Source: Ranitomeya imitator (lineage: Eukaryota). From it: a DNA stretch of 64,000 nt. The DNA lies in NCBI RefSeq assembly GCF_032444005.1, contig NC_091291.1, positions 43,586,001 through 43,650,000 of the forward strand. Reading direction: 5' to 3'. The notes below the pieces were generated by a model. The model did no database searches, was not told where the DNA came from, and saw only the letters and a program-made list of their open reading frames with translations. Numbering within the stretch: the first letter of the stretch is position 1; every line of letters begins with the position of its first letter. Both the position numbers and the translations under genes were made by a program. Positions 47,254 through 58,789 of the stretch are shown piece by piece.

Positions 47254-50200
47254 TGTTATGACCCCAATGGCGAGGGTCTCAGAGGAACGTGGAAGTCTGC
47301 AAGATACAAAAATCCAGCTCATAGGGCAGTGGTAACTGGGTTGACCATATATCTACTCCTAACGCCAACACTAGAAGTAGCCGGGGGTCATACCTACGTT
47401 GATCCTAGATGACTCGCGCCAGCCGGAGAATCTAAATACCCCTAGTAGAGGAAAACAAAGACCTCTCTTGCCTCCAGAGAAAGGGACCCCAAAGCAGGAT
47501 AGAAGCCCCCCACAAATAATAACGGTGAGGTAAGAGGAAATGACAAACACAGAAATGAACCAGGTTTAGCACAGAGAGGCCCGCTAACTAATAGCAGAAT
47601 ATAGAAAGGTAACTTATATGGTCAACAAAAAACCCTATCAAAAATCCACACTGGAAATTCAAGAACCCCCGAACCGTCTAACGGTCCGGGGGGAGAACAC
47701 CAGCGCCCTAGAGCTTCCAGCAAAAGTCAGGATACAGATTAGGAACAAGCTGGACAAAAATACAAAACCAAAAACAAATAGCAAAAAGCAAAGTAAATGA
47801 CTTAGCTGAATAACCGGACCAGGATCAGTAGACAAGAGCACAGCAGATTAGCTCTGATAACTACGTTGCCAGGCATAGAACTGAGTGTCCAGGGAGCTTA
47901 TAAAGCAACGCCCCTAACTAACGACCCAGGTGCGGATAAAAGGAAAGACAGAAAAACCAGAGTCAAAAAACTAGTAACCACTAGAGGGAGCCAAAAAGCA
48001 AATTCACAACAGTACCCCCCCCTTAGTGAGGGGTCACCGAACCCTCACCACGACCACCAGGGCGATCAGGATGAGCGGCATGAAAGGCACGAACTAAATC
48101 GGCCGCATGAACATCAGAGGCGACCACCCAGGAATTATCCTCCTGACCATAGCCCTTCCACTTGACCAGGTACTGAAGTCTTCGCCTGGAGAGGCGAGAA
48201 TCCAAGATCTTCTCCACCACGTACTCCAACTCGCCCTCAACCAACACCGGAGCAGGAGGCTCAGCAGAAGGAACTACAGGCACAACGTACCGCCGCAACA
48301 AGGACCTATGAAATACATTGTGAATAGCAAACGACACAGGAAGATCCAGACGAAAAGATACAGGATTAAGGATTTCCAATATCTTGTAAGGACCAATAAA
48401 ACGAGGTTTAAATTTGGGAGAGGAGACCTTCATAGGAACAAAGCGGGAAGAAAGCCATACCAAATCCCCAACGCGTAGTCGGGGACCCACACCGCGGCGG
48501 CGGTTGGCAAAGCGCTGAGCCCTCTCCTGTGACAACTTCAAGTTGTCCACCACATGATTCCAGATCCGCTGCAACCTATCCACCACAGAATCCACCCCAG
48601 GACAGTCAGAAGACTCCACATGACCTGAAGAAAAGCGAGGATGGAAACCAGTGTTGCAGAAAAAAGGCGAAACCAAGGTGGCGGAACTAGCCCGATTATT
48701 AAGGGCAAACTCAGCCAACGGCAAGAATGTCACCCAATCGTCCTGATCAGCAGAGACAAAACACCTCAAATAAGCCTCCAAAGTCTGATTGGTTCGCTCC
48801 GTCTGTCCATTAGTCTGAGGATGGAAAGCAGAGGAAAACGACAAATCAATGCCCATCCTACTACAAAAGGATCGCCAGAACCTGGAAACGAACTGGGATC
48901 CTCTATCTGACACAATATTCTCAGGGATGCCGTGCAAACGAACCACGTTCTGGAAAAACACAGGAACCAGATCGGAAGAGGAAGGCAGCTTAGGCAAAGG
49001 AACCAAATGGACCATCTTGGAGAAGCGATCACATATCACCCAGATAACAGACATGCCCTGAGATAGCGGAAGATCAGAAATGAAATCCATGGAGATATGT
49101 GTCCAAGGTCTCTTCGGGACAGGCAAGGGCAAGAGCAACCCGCTGGCACGAGAACAGCAAGGCTTAGCTCTAGCACAAGTCCCACAGGACTGCACAAATG
49201 ACCGCACATCCCTTGACAAAGAAGGCCACCAAAAGGACCTGGCCACCAGATCTCTGGTGCCAAAAATTCCCGGGTGACCTGCCAACACCGAGGAATGAAC
49301 CTCGGAAATGACTCTGCTGGTCCACTTATCCGGAACAAACAGTCTGTCAGGTGGACAAGACTCAGGCCTATCAGCTTGAAATCTCTGCAACACACGTCGC
49401 AGATCCGGAGAAATAGCTGATAAGATAACTCCATCCTTAAGAATACCAACAGGATCAGCGACTCCAGGAGCATCAGGCACAAAGCTCCTAGAAAGAGCAT
49501 CGGCCTTCACATTCTTTGAACCTGGTAAATACGAGACAACAAAATCAAAGCGGGAGAAAAACAATGACCAGCGGGCCTGTCTCGGATTAAGGCGTTTAGC
49601 AGACTCGAGATACATCAGATTTTTGTGATCAGTCAAGACCACCACACGATGCTTAGCACCCTCGAGCCAATGACGCCACTCCTCAAATGCCCACTTCATG
49701 GCCAACAACTCCCGATTGCCCACATCATAATTTCGCTCGGCAGGCGAAAACTTCCTAGAGAAAAAGGCACAAGGTTTCATAACAGAGCAACCAGGGCCTC
49801 TCTGCGACAAAACGGCCCCTGCTCCAATCTCCGAAGCATCCACCTCAACCTGAAAGGGAAGTGAGACATCGGGCTGGCACAAAACAGGCGCCGAAGTAAA
49901 CCGGCGTTTCAACTCCTGGAAAGCCTCCACGGCAGCAGGAGCCCAGTTAGCTACATCGGAGCCCTTCTTGGTCATATCCGTCAAAGGTTTCACAACGCTA
50001 GAAAAATTAGCGATAAAACGACGGTAGAAGTTAGCGAAACCCAAGAACTTCTGAAGACTCTTAACTGACGAGGGCTGAGTCCAATCAAGAATAGCTCGGA
50101 CCTTGACCGGGTCCATCTCCACAGCAGAAGGGGAAAAAATAAACCCCAAAAAGGGAACCTTCTGTACACCAAAGAGACACTTTGAGCCTTTGACAAACAA

Positions 50201-53043
50201 AGAATTTTCACGCAAAATTTTAAAGACCAACCTGACCTGCTCCACATGCGAGTCCCAATCATCAGAAAAAACCAAAATATCATCCAGATAAACGATCAAA
50301 AATTTATCCAGATACTTCCGGAAAATGTCATGCATAAAGGACTGAAAAACTGAAGGCGCATTGGAGAGCCCAAAAGGCATCACCAAGTACTCAAAATGAC
50401 CTTCGGGCGTATTGAATGCGGTTTTCCATTCATCACCTTGCTTAATGCGCACAAGGTTGTACGCACCACGAAGGTCTATCTTGGTGAACCACTTGGCACC
50501 TTTAATTCGGGCAAACAAGTCAGACAACAGCGGCAGAGGATACTGAAATTTGACAGTGATCTTATTTAAAAGCCGATAATCAATACAAGGCCTCAAAGAT
50601 CCGTCCTTTTTAGCCACAAAAAAGAATCCTGCACCAAGAGGGGAAGAAGACGGACGAATATGTCCTTTCTCCAAAGACTCCTTGATATACGAACGCATAG
50701 CGGTATGTTCAGGTACCGACAGATTAAAGAGTCTTCCCTTAGGAAATTTACTGCCTGGAATCAAATCTATAGCACAGTCACAGTCCCTATGAGGAGGCAA
50801 TGCACTGGACCTGGACTCGCTAAAGACATCCTGATAATCAGACAAATACTCCGGAACTTCCGAAGGCGTAGAAGAAGCAATAGACACAGGCAGGATATCC
50901 CCATGAATACCACGACAGCCCCAACTAGAAACTGACATAGCCTTCCAGTCCAGGACGGGATTATGGGTCTGTAACCATGGCAGCCCTAAAACAACCAAAT
51001 CATGCATTTTATGTAAAACAAGAAAACGTATCACCTCGCGGTGTTCAGGAGTCATGCACATGGTAACCTGTGTCCAATACTGCGGTTTATTTGCTGCCAA
51101 TGGCGTAGCATCAATACCCCTAAGAGGAATAGGATTTTCTAATAGTTCAAGAGTAAAACCACAGCGCTTAGCAAATGACAGATCCATAAGACTCAGGGCA
51201 GCACCTGAATCTACAAACGCCATGACAGGATAAGACGACAGTGAGCAAATCAAAGTTACAGACAGAATAAATTTAGGTTGCAAATTTCCAGCGGTGACCG
51301 GACCAACAACCTTAGCTATACGTTTAGAGCATGCTGAGATAACATGTGTAGAATCACCACAGTAGTAGCACAAGCCATTCCGGCGTCTATGAATTTTCCG
51401 CTCATTTCTGGTCAGGATTCTATCACATTGCATTAAATCAGGTGTCTGTTCAGACAACACCATGAGGGAATTTGCGGTTTTTCTATCACATTGCACCGAA
51501 TTAGGTGTCTGTTCAGACAACACCATGAGGGAATTTGCGGTCTTGCGTTCCCGCAATCGCCGGTCAATTTGAATAGCCAGTGCCATAGCATCATTCAGAC
51601 CTGTGGGAATGGGAAAACCCACCATAACATCTTTAATGGCATCAGAAAGACCATTTCTAAAATTAGCGGCCAGTGCACAGTCGTTCCAATGTGTCAGCAC
51701 GGACCATTTCCGAAATTTTTGGCAATACACTTCAGCCTCGTCCTGCCCCTGAGACATAGCCAGCAGGGCCTTTTCTGCCTGAATCTCAAGATTGGGTTCC
51801 TCATAAAGTAAACCGAGCGCCAGAAAAAACGCATCAATATCAGCCAATGCCGGATCTCCTGGCGCCAGCGAAAAAGCCCAATCTTGAGGGTCACCCCGTA
51901 AGAACGAAATAACAATTTTTACTTGCTGAGCGGAGTCTCCAGATGAACAGGGTCTCAGGGACAAAAACAATTTACAATTATTCTTGAAATTCCTAAACTT
52001 AAACCTGTCTCCGGAAAACAGTTCAGGAATCGGTATCTTAGGTTCTGACCCAGGACTTCTGATAACATAATCTTGTAAGCCCTGCACACGAGTAGCCAGC
52101 TGGTCCACACTTGTAATCAAGGTCTGGACATTCATGTCTGCAGCAAGCATAAGCCACTCTGAGGTAAAGGGGATGAAGAAAAAAAAAAAAAAATGAGAGA
52201 GGAGAAAAAAAAAAAAACTCAGAATCTTCTTTCTTATAATCCCTCTTTTGCAATGCATTAAACATTTAATATTGGCCTGGCAAACTGTTATGACCCCAAT
52301 GGCGAGGGTCTCAGAGGAACGTGGAAGTCTGCAAGATACAAAAATCCAGCTCATAGGGCAGTGGTAACTGGGTTGACCATATATCTACTCCTAACGCCAA
52401 CACTAGAAGTAGCCGGGGGTCATACCTACGTTGATCCTAGATGACTCGCGCCAGCCGGAGAATCTAAATACCCCTAGTAGAGGAAAACAAAGACCTCTCT
52501 TGCCTCCAGAGAAAGGGACCCCAAAGCAGGATAGAAGCCCCCCACAAATAATAACGGTGAGGTAAGAGGAAATGACAAACACAGAAATGAACCAGGTTTA
52601 GCACAGAGAGGCCCGCTAACTAATAGCAGAATATAGAAAGGTAACTTATATGGTCAACAAAAAACCCTATCAAAAATCCACACTGGAAATTCAAGAACCC
52701 CCGAACCGTCTAACGGTCCGGGGGGAGAACACCAGCGCCCTAGAGCTTCCAGCAAAAGTCAGGATACAGATTAGGAACAAGCTGGACAAAAATACAAAAC
52801 CAAAAACAAATAGCAAAAAGCAAAGTAAATGACTTAGCTGAATAACCGGACCAGGATCAGTAGACAAGAGCACAGCAGATTAGCTCTGATAACTACGTTG
52901 CCAGGCATAGAACTGAGTGTCCAGGGAGCTTATAAAGCAACGCCCCTAACTAACGACCCAGGTGCGGATAAAAGGAAAGACAGAAAAACCAGAGTCAAAA
53001 AACTAGTAACCACTAGAGGGAGCCAAAAAGCAAATTCACAACA
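47254..53043 (-). mobile_element. Gypsy-2: apparently intact chromodomain Gypsy LTR retrotransposon (5790 bp)
   Basis: 758-bp LTRs (47254-48011, 52286-53043) with no difference found by eye; the ORF track gives identical peptides at offset 5032. TSD CCTCCC. Single gag-pol ORF. Confidence 0.98.
48023..52150 (-). CDS. Gypsy-2 Gag-Pol polyprotein (~1375 aa; gag, PR, RT, RNase H, IN, chromodomain)
   Basis: Likely ATG at 52150 or 52135. CYYCGDSTHVISAC, FVDSGA, YLDDIL, TDHKNL, SMDF / VSDRG / QTER (D-D-E), YVVEKILD...YLVKWKGY...SW. Stop lies in the PPT. Confidence 0.95.
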   Translation of the reverse strand: MLAADMNVQTLITSVDQLATRVQGLQDYVIRSPGSEPKIPIPELFSGDRFKFRNFKNNCKLFLSLRPCSSGDSAQQVKIVISFLRGDPQDWAFSLAPGDPALADIDAFFLALGLLYEEPNLEIQAEKALLAMSQGQDEAEVYCQKFRKWSVLTHWNDCALAANFRNGLSDAIKDVMVGFPIPTGLNDAMALAIQIDRRLRERKTANSLMVLSEQTPNSVQCDRKTANSLMVLSEQTPDLMQCDRILTRNERKIHRRRNGLCYYCGDSTHVISACSKRIAKVVGPVTAGNLQPKFILSVTLICSLSSYPVMAFVDSGAALSLMDLSFAKRCGFTLELLENPIPLRGIDATPLAANKPQYWTQVTMCMTPEHREVIRFLVLHKMHDLVVLGLPWLQTHNPVLDWKAMSVSSWGCRGIHGDILPVSIASSTPSEVPEYLSDYQDVFSESRSSALPPHRDCDCAIDLIPGSKFPKGRLFNLSVPEHTAMRSYIKESLEKGHIRPSSSPLGAGFFFVAKKDGSLRPCIDYRLLNKITVKFQYPLPLLSDLFARIKGAKWFTKIDLRGAYNLVRIKQGDEWKTAFNTPEGHFEYLVMPFGLSNAPSVFQSFMHDIFRKYLDKFLIVYLDDILVFSDDWDSHVEQVRLVFKILRENSLFVKGSKCLFGVQKVPFLGFIFSPSAVEMDPVKVRAILDWTQPSSVKSLQKFLGFANFYRRFIANFSSVVKPLTDMTKKGSDVANWAPAAVEAFQELKRRFTSAPVLCQPDVSLPFQVEVDASEIGAGAVLSQRGPGCSVMKPCAFFSRKFSPAERNYDVGNRELLAMKWAFEEWRHWLEGAKHRVVVLTDHKNLMYLESAKRLNPRQARWSLFFSRFDFVVSYLPGSKNVKADALSRSFVPDAPGVADPVGILKDGVILSAISPDLRRVLQRFQADRPESCPPDRLFVPDKWTSRVISEVHSSVLAGHPGIFGTRDLVARSFWWPSLSRDVRSFVQSCGTCARAKPCCSRASGLLLPLPVPKRPWTHISMDFISDLPLSQGMSVIWVICDRFSKMVHLVPLPKLPSSSDLVPVFFQNVVRLHGIPENIVSDRGSQFVSRFWRSFCSRMGIDLSFSSAFHPQTNGQTERTNQTLEAYLRCFVSADQDDWVTFLPLAEFALNNRASSATLVSPFFCNTGFHPRFSSGHVESSDCPGVDSVVDRLQRIWNHVVDNLKLSQERAQRFANRRRGVGPRLRVGDLVWLSSRFVPMKVSSPKFKPRFIGPYKILEILNPVSFRLDLPVSFAIHNVFHRSLLRRYVVPVVPSAEPPAPVLVEGELEYVVEKILDSRLSRRRLQYLVKWKGYGQEDNSWVVASDVHAADLVRAFHAAHPDRPGGRGEGSVTPH

Positions 53044-55168
53044 CCTCCCCCTCACTCGACTTTCCCCTCTCCAGTCTATCCTTAATGCAGCAGCCAGGGT
53101 CGTCCATCTGGCTAGTCATTTCTCAGATGCATCCGCTCTTCGCCAGTCGTTACACTGGCTGCCCATTCATTACAGGATACAATTCAAAGTACTTGTTCTC
53201 ACCCACAAAGCTCTCCACAGTGTAGCACCCCCTTACATCTCCTCCCTCATTTCGGTCTATCGGCCTAGCCGACCACTGCGCTCTGCAAATGACTTTCGAC
53301 TAATCTCTGCACTAATCCGTACCTCCCACTCCCGACTCCAAGACTTCTCCCGCGCTGTGCCAATCTTCTGGAATGCTCTACCCCAAGATATTAGGACCAT
53401 CCATAATTTGCATAGTTTTAGGCGCTCGCTCAAAACACATTTGTTCAGAGCGGCCTATCACATTCAGTAATCAAAGTCATGTTATGTTTGTGTGTGTGTA
53501 GCCCATTCACTACTTCCATCTATCCTCCACCCCCTGAAGATGGTTGGACCATCATTGTAAATACATCATTGTAAATACACACCTGTGCTTTGTATCTCCT
53601 CCACCTCATTGTAGATTGTAAGCTCTCACGAGCAGGGTCGTCTTGTTTTGCTTTAATTATTGTATTGTTAACGTTGTTACATATGACTGTTGTGTTTGAA
53701 ACTGTTAAACTGTAAAGCGCTGCGGAATATGTTGGCACTATATAAATAAAGATTATTATTATTATTATAGCATAGGATACAGTTAAATCTTTGGGACCAG
53801 CCCAGCCTGCAATGGGACAAGGTCAAGTAAAAAGGGGAAACACTTCCTGGTTGAGTTAGAGAAAGTGTGAGGTTTGTGTGTAGTTCAGGTTCAAGTTGCA
53901 GTGGACTAAGGGCATGTAGAGTACATATCGTTCTGGCAGTATGAGGTTATACCAGATTTCATGCGGACATTCTTGTAAAATCCGGAGCCTATGGGGCAAA
54001 CTAGGCACTGAGGAGTGTGCCTTAATCTCTTCCATACAGAGGAAACCGAATGGGGAAATGCGTGAGGGAAATGTAACGGATCTCGGGAGTGCTATGGTAC
54101 CGGACGGAAAATCCCTGGGGCTGTCAGGAGGATCAAGGGATAGTCCGAGCTGAACATAAGCAAGAGCTTGAAATGTACTGTGTTGATGGAACTGGGACTG
54201 GAGGGTGCTGTGTCGAATACTGCATGTTAAAGACTGATGTACTTGAACTGTCCCGTAAATTTGAACTTGTTATAATGAAGTGGGTGTTCCCGCATATGTG
54301 TGTGGCTGATCCTGCTGATCCTGGATCTAAGGACGTGGATGCAGAGTAGACCTCCAGCCTGCAAGTGAGTACAATGCAATGTACACACCACAACACTAAT
54401 GGCCAAGAACACTTTGTTTGTGGGGTACCAGGGTGTGGAAAAGCAGCAGCTCACCCACGGCTACCGCCATGGGTACCTTATTCAGCCCCCTGTAGTATGA
54501 AACCCCTAAGTATAATCCTGAATGGCCAATTGCCTCCAGAAGTCACATAATTAGTAAATTGCATCCACCTGTGTATAATTTATTCTCAGTATAACTACAG
54601 CTGTCCACTGAAGGGCTCAGATGTTTTTTTTTTGAGAATATTAGGTATCAAGCATCATGAAACACAAGGAATTCACCAGATGGGTCAGGGATAATGTTAT
54701 GGAGAAGAGTAAAGTGGCCCATGGCCTCTCTAGAGGAACTGCAGAGACCCACAGCTCAAGCTGGAGAATCTGTACACAGCTACTATTACTTGTATACTCC
54801 ACAAATCTGGTCTTTATAGAATAGTAGCAAGAAGATAGCCATTTCTGAAAGTAAGCCATAAGAAGTCCTGTTTGCAAAATCCTTGTCGAGGTCACAGCTA
54901 GCATGTGGAAGAAGGCGCTCTGGTCAGATGAGACCAAGGTAGAACTTTTTTGGATAAATGCAAAATGCTATACAATCCCAACCATCAAACATGATGGTGG
55001 CAGCATTATGCTGTGCAAATGCTTGCCTTGAGCAGTGACAGAGAAGCTGGTCAGAGTTGATGGGAAGATGGATCAAAATACAGAGCATTCCTGGATGAAA
55101 ACCTGTCAGAACCTGCAAAAGACTTGAGACTGGGGCATAGGTTCACGTTCCAAGAGAACAACTACCCA

Positions 55169-57190
55169 CGGTGAGTCATTGGACGTGGTATATCTCGATT
55201 TTTCCAAAGCGTTTGATACCATGCCGCACAAGAGGTTGGTACACAAAATGAGAATGCTTGGTCTGGGGGAAAATGTGTGTAAATGGGTTAGTAACTGGCT
55301 TAGTAATAGAAAGCAGAGGGTGGTTATAAATGGTATAGTCTCTAACTGGGTCGCTGTGACCAGTGGGGTACCACAGGGGTCGGTATTGGGACCTGTGTTG
55401 TGAATTCCGCTCTTGGGCTCCCTCCGGTGGTTGTAAGTGGCACTTTTGTGAGTTCTGCTCTTGGGCTCCCTCTTGTGGTTTCAAGTGGTATGGCTGCTCC
55501 TTGGAGTTAGCTGTCATCAGCTGCCTCCACTGATTGTCTATTCTGCTCGGCTATTTAGGCCTGGCTGTTCCTTCAGCCAGTGCCACTTGTAAATGGTTCC
55601 TGGTTGGATTCACATCTCTTTGGATTTCCCTGTTATCCTGACCGGTTCAGCAAAGCTAAGTTTTTGCTTGCGCTATTCTGTTCAGATTGTGGACTTATCC
55701 ATTCAGTGCTTTCTATGTTTGTTCAGCGTTATCAGTATGAATTAATTCTGTATAGCTGGAAGCTCTGGGAAGCAGATTTACCCTCCACACCTTTAGTCAG
55801 GTGTGGAGATTTTTTGTAAACTCTGCGTGGATTTTTGTAGTGTTTTATACTGACCGCACAGTATTCCATCCTGTCCTATCTATCAAGCTAGACTGGCCTC
55901 CTGTGCTCATCCTGTTTTCATTCTGTGTATGTCTTTTTCCTCTCCACTCACAGTCATTATTTGTGGGGGGCTAATCTATCCTTTGGGGATTTTCTCTGAG
56001 GCAAGATAGTTTTCCTGCTTCTGTCTTTAGGGGTAGTTAGCTCTTAGGCTGTGACGAGATGCCTAGGGAGAGTTAGGAGCATTCCACAGCTACTTCTAGT
56101 GTTGTGTTGAGCTTAGGGACTGCGGTCAGTACAGTTACCACTTCCCTCAGAGCTCGTTCCATGTTGCTCCTAGACCACCGCATCATAACAGACCTGTTCT
56201 CTTCAACATATTCATTAATGATCTGGTAGAAGGTTTACACAGTAAAATATCGATATTCGCAGATGATACAAAACTATGTAAAGCAGTTAATACAAGAGAA
56301 GATAGTATTCTGCTACAGATGGATCTGGATAAGTTGGAAAATTGGGCTGAAAGGTGGCAGATGAGGTTTAACAATGATAAATGTAAGGTTATACACATGG
56401 GAAGAAGGAATCAATATCACCATTACACACTGAACGGGAAACCACTGGGTAAATCTGACAGGGAGAAGGACTTGGGGATCCTAATTAATAATAAACTTAC
56501 CTGGAGCAGCCAGTGCCAGGCAGCAGCTACCAAGGCAAACAGGATCATGGGGTGCATTAAAAGAGGTCTGGATACACATGATGAGAGCATTATACTGCCT
56601 CTGTACAAATCCCTAGTTAGACTGCACATGGAGTACTGTGTCCAGTTTTGGGCACCGGTGCTCAGGAAGGATATAATGGACCTAGAGAGAGTACAAAGGA
56701 GGGCAACAAAATTAATAAAGGGGATGGGAGAACTACAATACCCAGATAGATTAGCGAAATTAGGATTATATAGTCTAGAAAAAAGACGACTGAGGGGCGA
56801 TCTAATAACCATGTATAAGTATATAAGGGGACAATACAAATATCTCGCTGAGGATCTGTTTATACCAAGGAAGGTGACGGGCACAAGGGGGCATTCTTTG
56901 CGTCTGGAGGAGAGAAGGTTTTTCCACCAACATAGAAGAGCATTCTTTACTGTTAGGGCGGTGAGAATCTGGAATTGCTTGCCTGAGGAGGTGGTGATGG
57001 CAAACTCAGTCGAGGGGTTCAAGAGAGGCCTGGATGTCTTCCTGGAGCAGAACAATATTGTATCATACAATTATTAGGTTCTGTAGAAGGATGTAGATCT
57101 GGGGATTTATTATGATGGAATATAGGCTGAACTGGATGGACAAATGTCTTTTTTTCGGCCTTACTAACTATGTTACTATGTTACTATGTT
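55169..57190 (+). mobile_element. CR1 LINE, 5'-truncated, interrupted by a solo LTR
   Basis: DVVYLDFSKAFD...[10 protein letters not shown] (55179-55395) resumes as LFNIFINDL...FADDTKL (56191 onward); ORF 56319-57077 with YKSLVR, LERVQRRATKLI; (ACTATGTT)n tail. Confidence 0.95.
55396..56190 (+). mobile_element. Solo LTR (795 bp) related to Gypsy-1 and Gypsy-2
   Basis: TGTTGTGAATTC...CATAACA; TSD GACCTG (55390-55395, 56191-56196); TATTTA at 55552. Confidence 0.93.
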
Positions 57191-57295
57191 ACCCTAAACA
57201 TACTGCCAGAGCTACAATGGATGGAAGCATATTCATGTATGTAAATGACCCTTTCAAAGTCCAGACCTAAATCCCATTGAGAATCTGTTATAAGA

Positions 57296-57905
57296 TGTAA
57301 CTGGCTGGGTGATGGAACCACTGTGCTGGGGCCCAATGAAAGCCTGAAGAGGCGTAACTAGGAGCCTCACCCAATCTGACCTTGGATATACGACGGCATA
57401 CGATCCGAGGAGAGACAAAGGTGGTGGACCAGGTGCTACACCAGGACTGTCCTTGGGTAGAAGGCAGCTAAGCCCCTAGGGACAGGTAGCTGGGATGGCT
57501 CGAAGGAAGGTTCAGTAGATGCAGGCAAGTGCTGTAAGAACACAGGATGGTCAGAACGAAGTCCAAGGTAAGGCAACAGAGCAAGCATACAGAACTCAAG
57601 GCACAGACGAGCACAGCACAAACCTCACAAGCTGAATGTACGTCTTTCAGAGTTCTGGGAGACACAGCTCAGTTAAGAAGCATGCCAATTAACTGGAATA
57701 ATGAACACATGGAAACAGCCAATGCTTCACAGTCTCAGATTGGATAGTTGAGCTGTCAAGTAACATTCTGACAGCACACCCCTGTACCAGATTGGATGGC
57801 CAAGCTGTCAAAGTACTGACAGCTTCAGTACACCCCTATACCAGATTGAGCGGCTATGCTGTCAGTTGCTGCATACCAGACACACTGAGGGGTGGAACCA
57901 TGACA
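57296..57905 (-). mobile_element. Solo-LTR-like element (family of 21237-21720)
   Basis: TG...CA ends and homology to 21237-21720; three internal CAGATTG...GCTGTCA repeats; no TSD seen. Confidence 0.55.
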
Positions 57906-58789
57906 ACTGGGACCTGAGAACTAACAATAGTGTTTAGAAACAAACTTACAATCTTACACAGGCACCTCCCTTAAGGTGGAGGTGCCTTAACCTATTACTT
58001 ACCAAATTAGCAATTTTCATTTTTTTTTTTAATGATAGATTTTTAATGATTTGGGTCCTAATGAATCAGAAACATAATTTGTAACATTTTTACAAGTACG
58101 GATTTTTCAGGAAAGGGCGTCCCAATATACAATTAAAAATGACAATGACATGATTTCCTATTTTGAAAACATTCATTTTACAAACACAACACGAAAAATT
58201 GGGCCTAAGTATAAAAATTATAAAATCATAGCTGCTAGAAGCTAAAGATTAGGCATCCCAAAAAAGGACATTGGTAGATAATGGGTTAAATAATGAGTGT
58301 CTCCCAGCTTTCGGCAGCAGCCGATGCAGGAAGTGAGGGACGGGATCAGCCATGGTGGGTAAGTCAGCGTCTCTATCGGGGAAGAGGGGCAGCAGGCAGA
58401 GACACCATCGCTACATAAGACTTAATAATCGCTGTTGACGGATGCCTTCATCCAATCTCACTGACCTAGCGCTAGTTTGTAAAGAAGAATGAGAATAATT
58501 GTCAGCCTCTAGATGGCTGGGATACAAGGTATAACTTTCTCCTTGCGAAGAGTGACATGTCAAGATGAGGAGAATTTGAGCCGCAATGCTCCTCTGGTAA
58601 ATATGCAAATTGTCTCTTCCGAGATGAAGAGAACTAGAACTCTAGTGCCACCTATGTGTAGCAGGGATACTAAAAGTCAATGTTGAACCTTTAACGAGCC
58701 TTATCGCATGACTTAGGATAAAAGCCAAGACCAGAATCTCAATTTGCAGACACTGTACAAAATCAATGTAACATCACTCTGTTGGTGCT

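Larger units (their letters stand above)
41499..53768 (+). mobile_element. L2 family A copy split into three pieces (41499-41967, 46633-47253, 53044-53768)
   Basis: Pieces rejoin exactly to the sequence seen at ~135-1951 (CTTGGCATTAAGGACAC; GGCCTCCCCCTCACTC). Same tail and (ATT)n. Confidence 0.95.
54570..57290 (+). mobile_element. Tc1 remnant split by CR1 (~54570-55168 and 57191-57290)
   Basis: Decayed transposase: ATCATGAAACACAAGGAA start, TGGTCAGATGAGACCAAG (WSDETK), TTCCAAGAGAACAAC...CCTAAACAT (QDNDPKH-like) continuing across the CR1, and AGTCCAGACCTAAATCCCATTGAG (SPDLNPIE). Confidence 0.78.

Noticed and set aside
57961-57990. GC hairpin GGCACCTCC/GGAGGTGCC as a Helitron 3' end
   Set aside because: Not followed by CTRR and no A|T insertion site or 5' TC end found.
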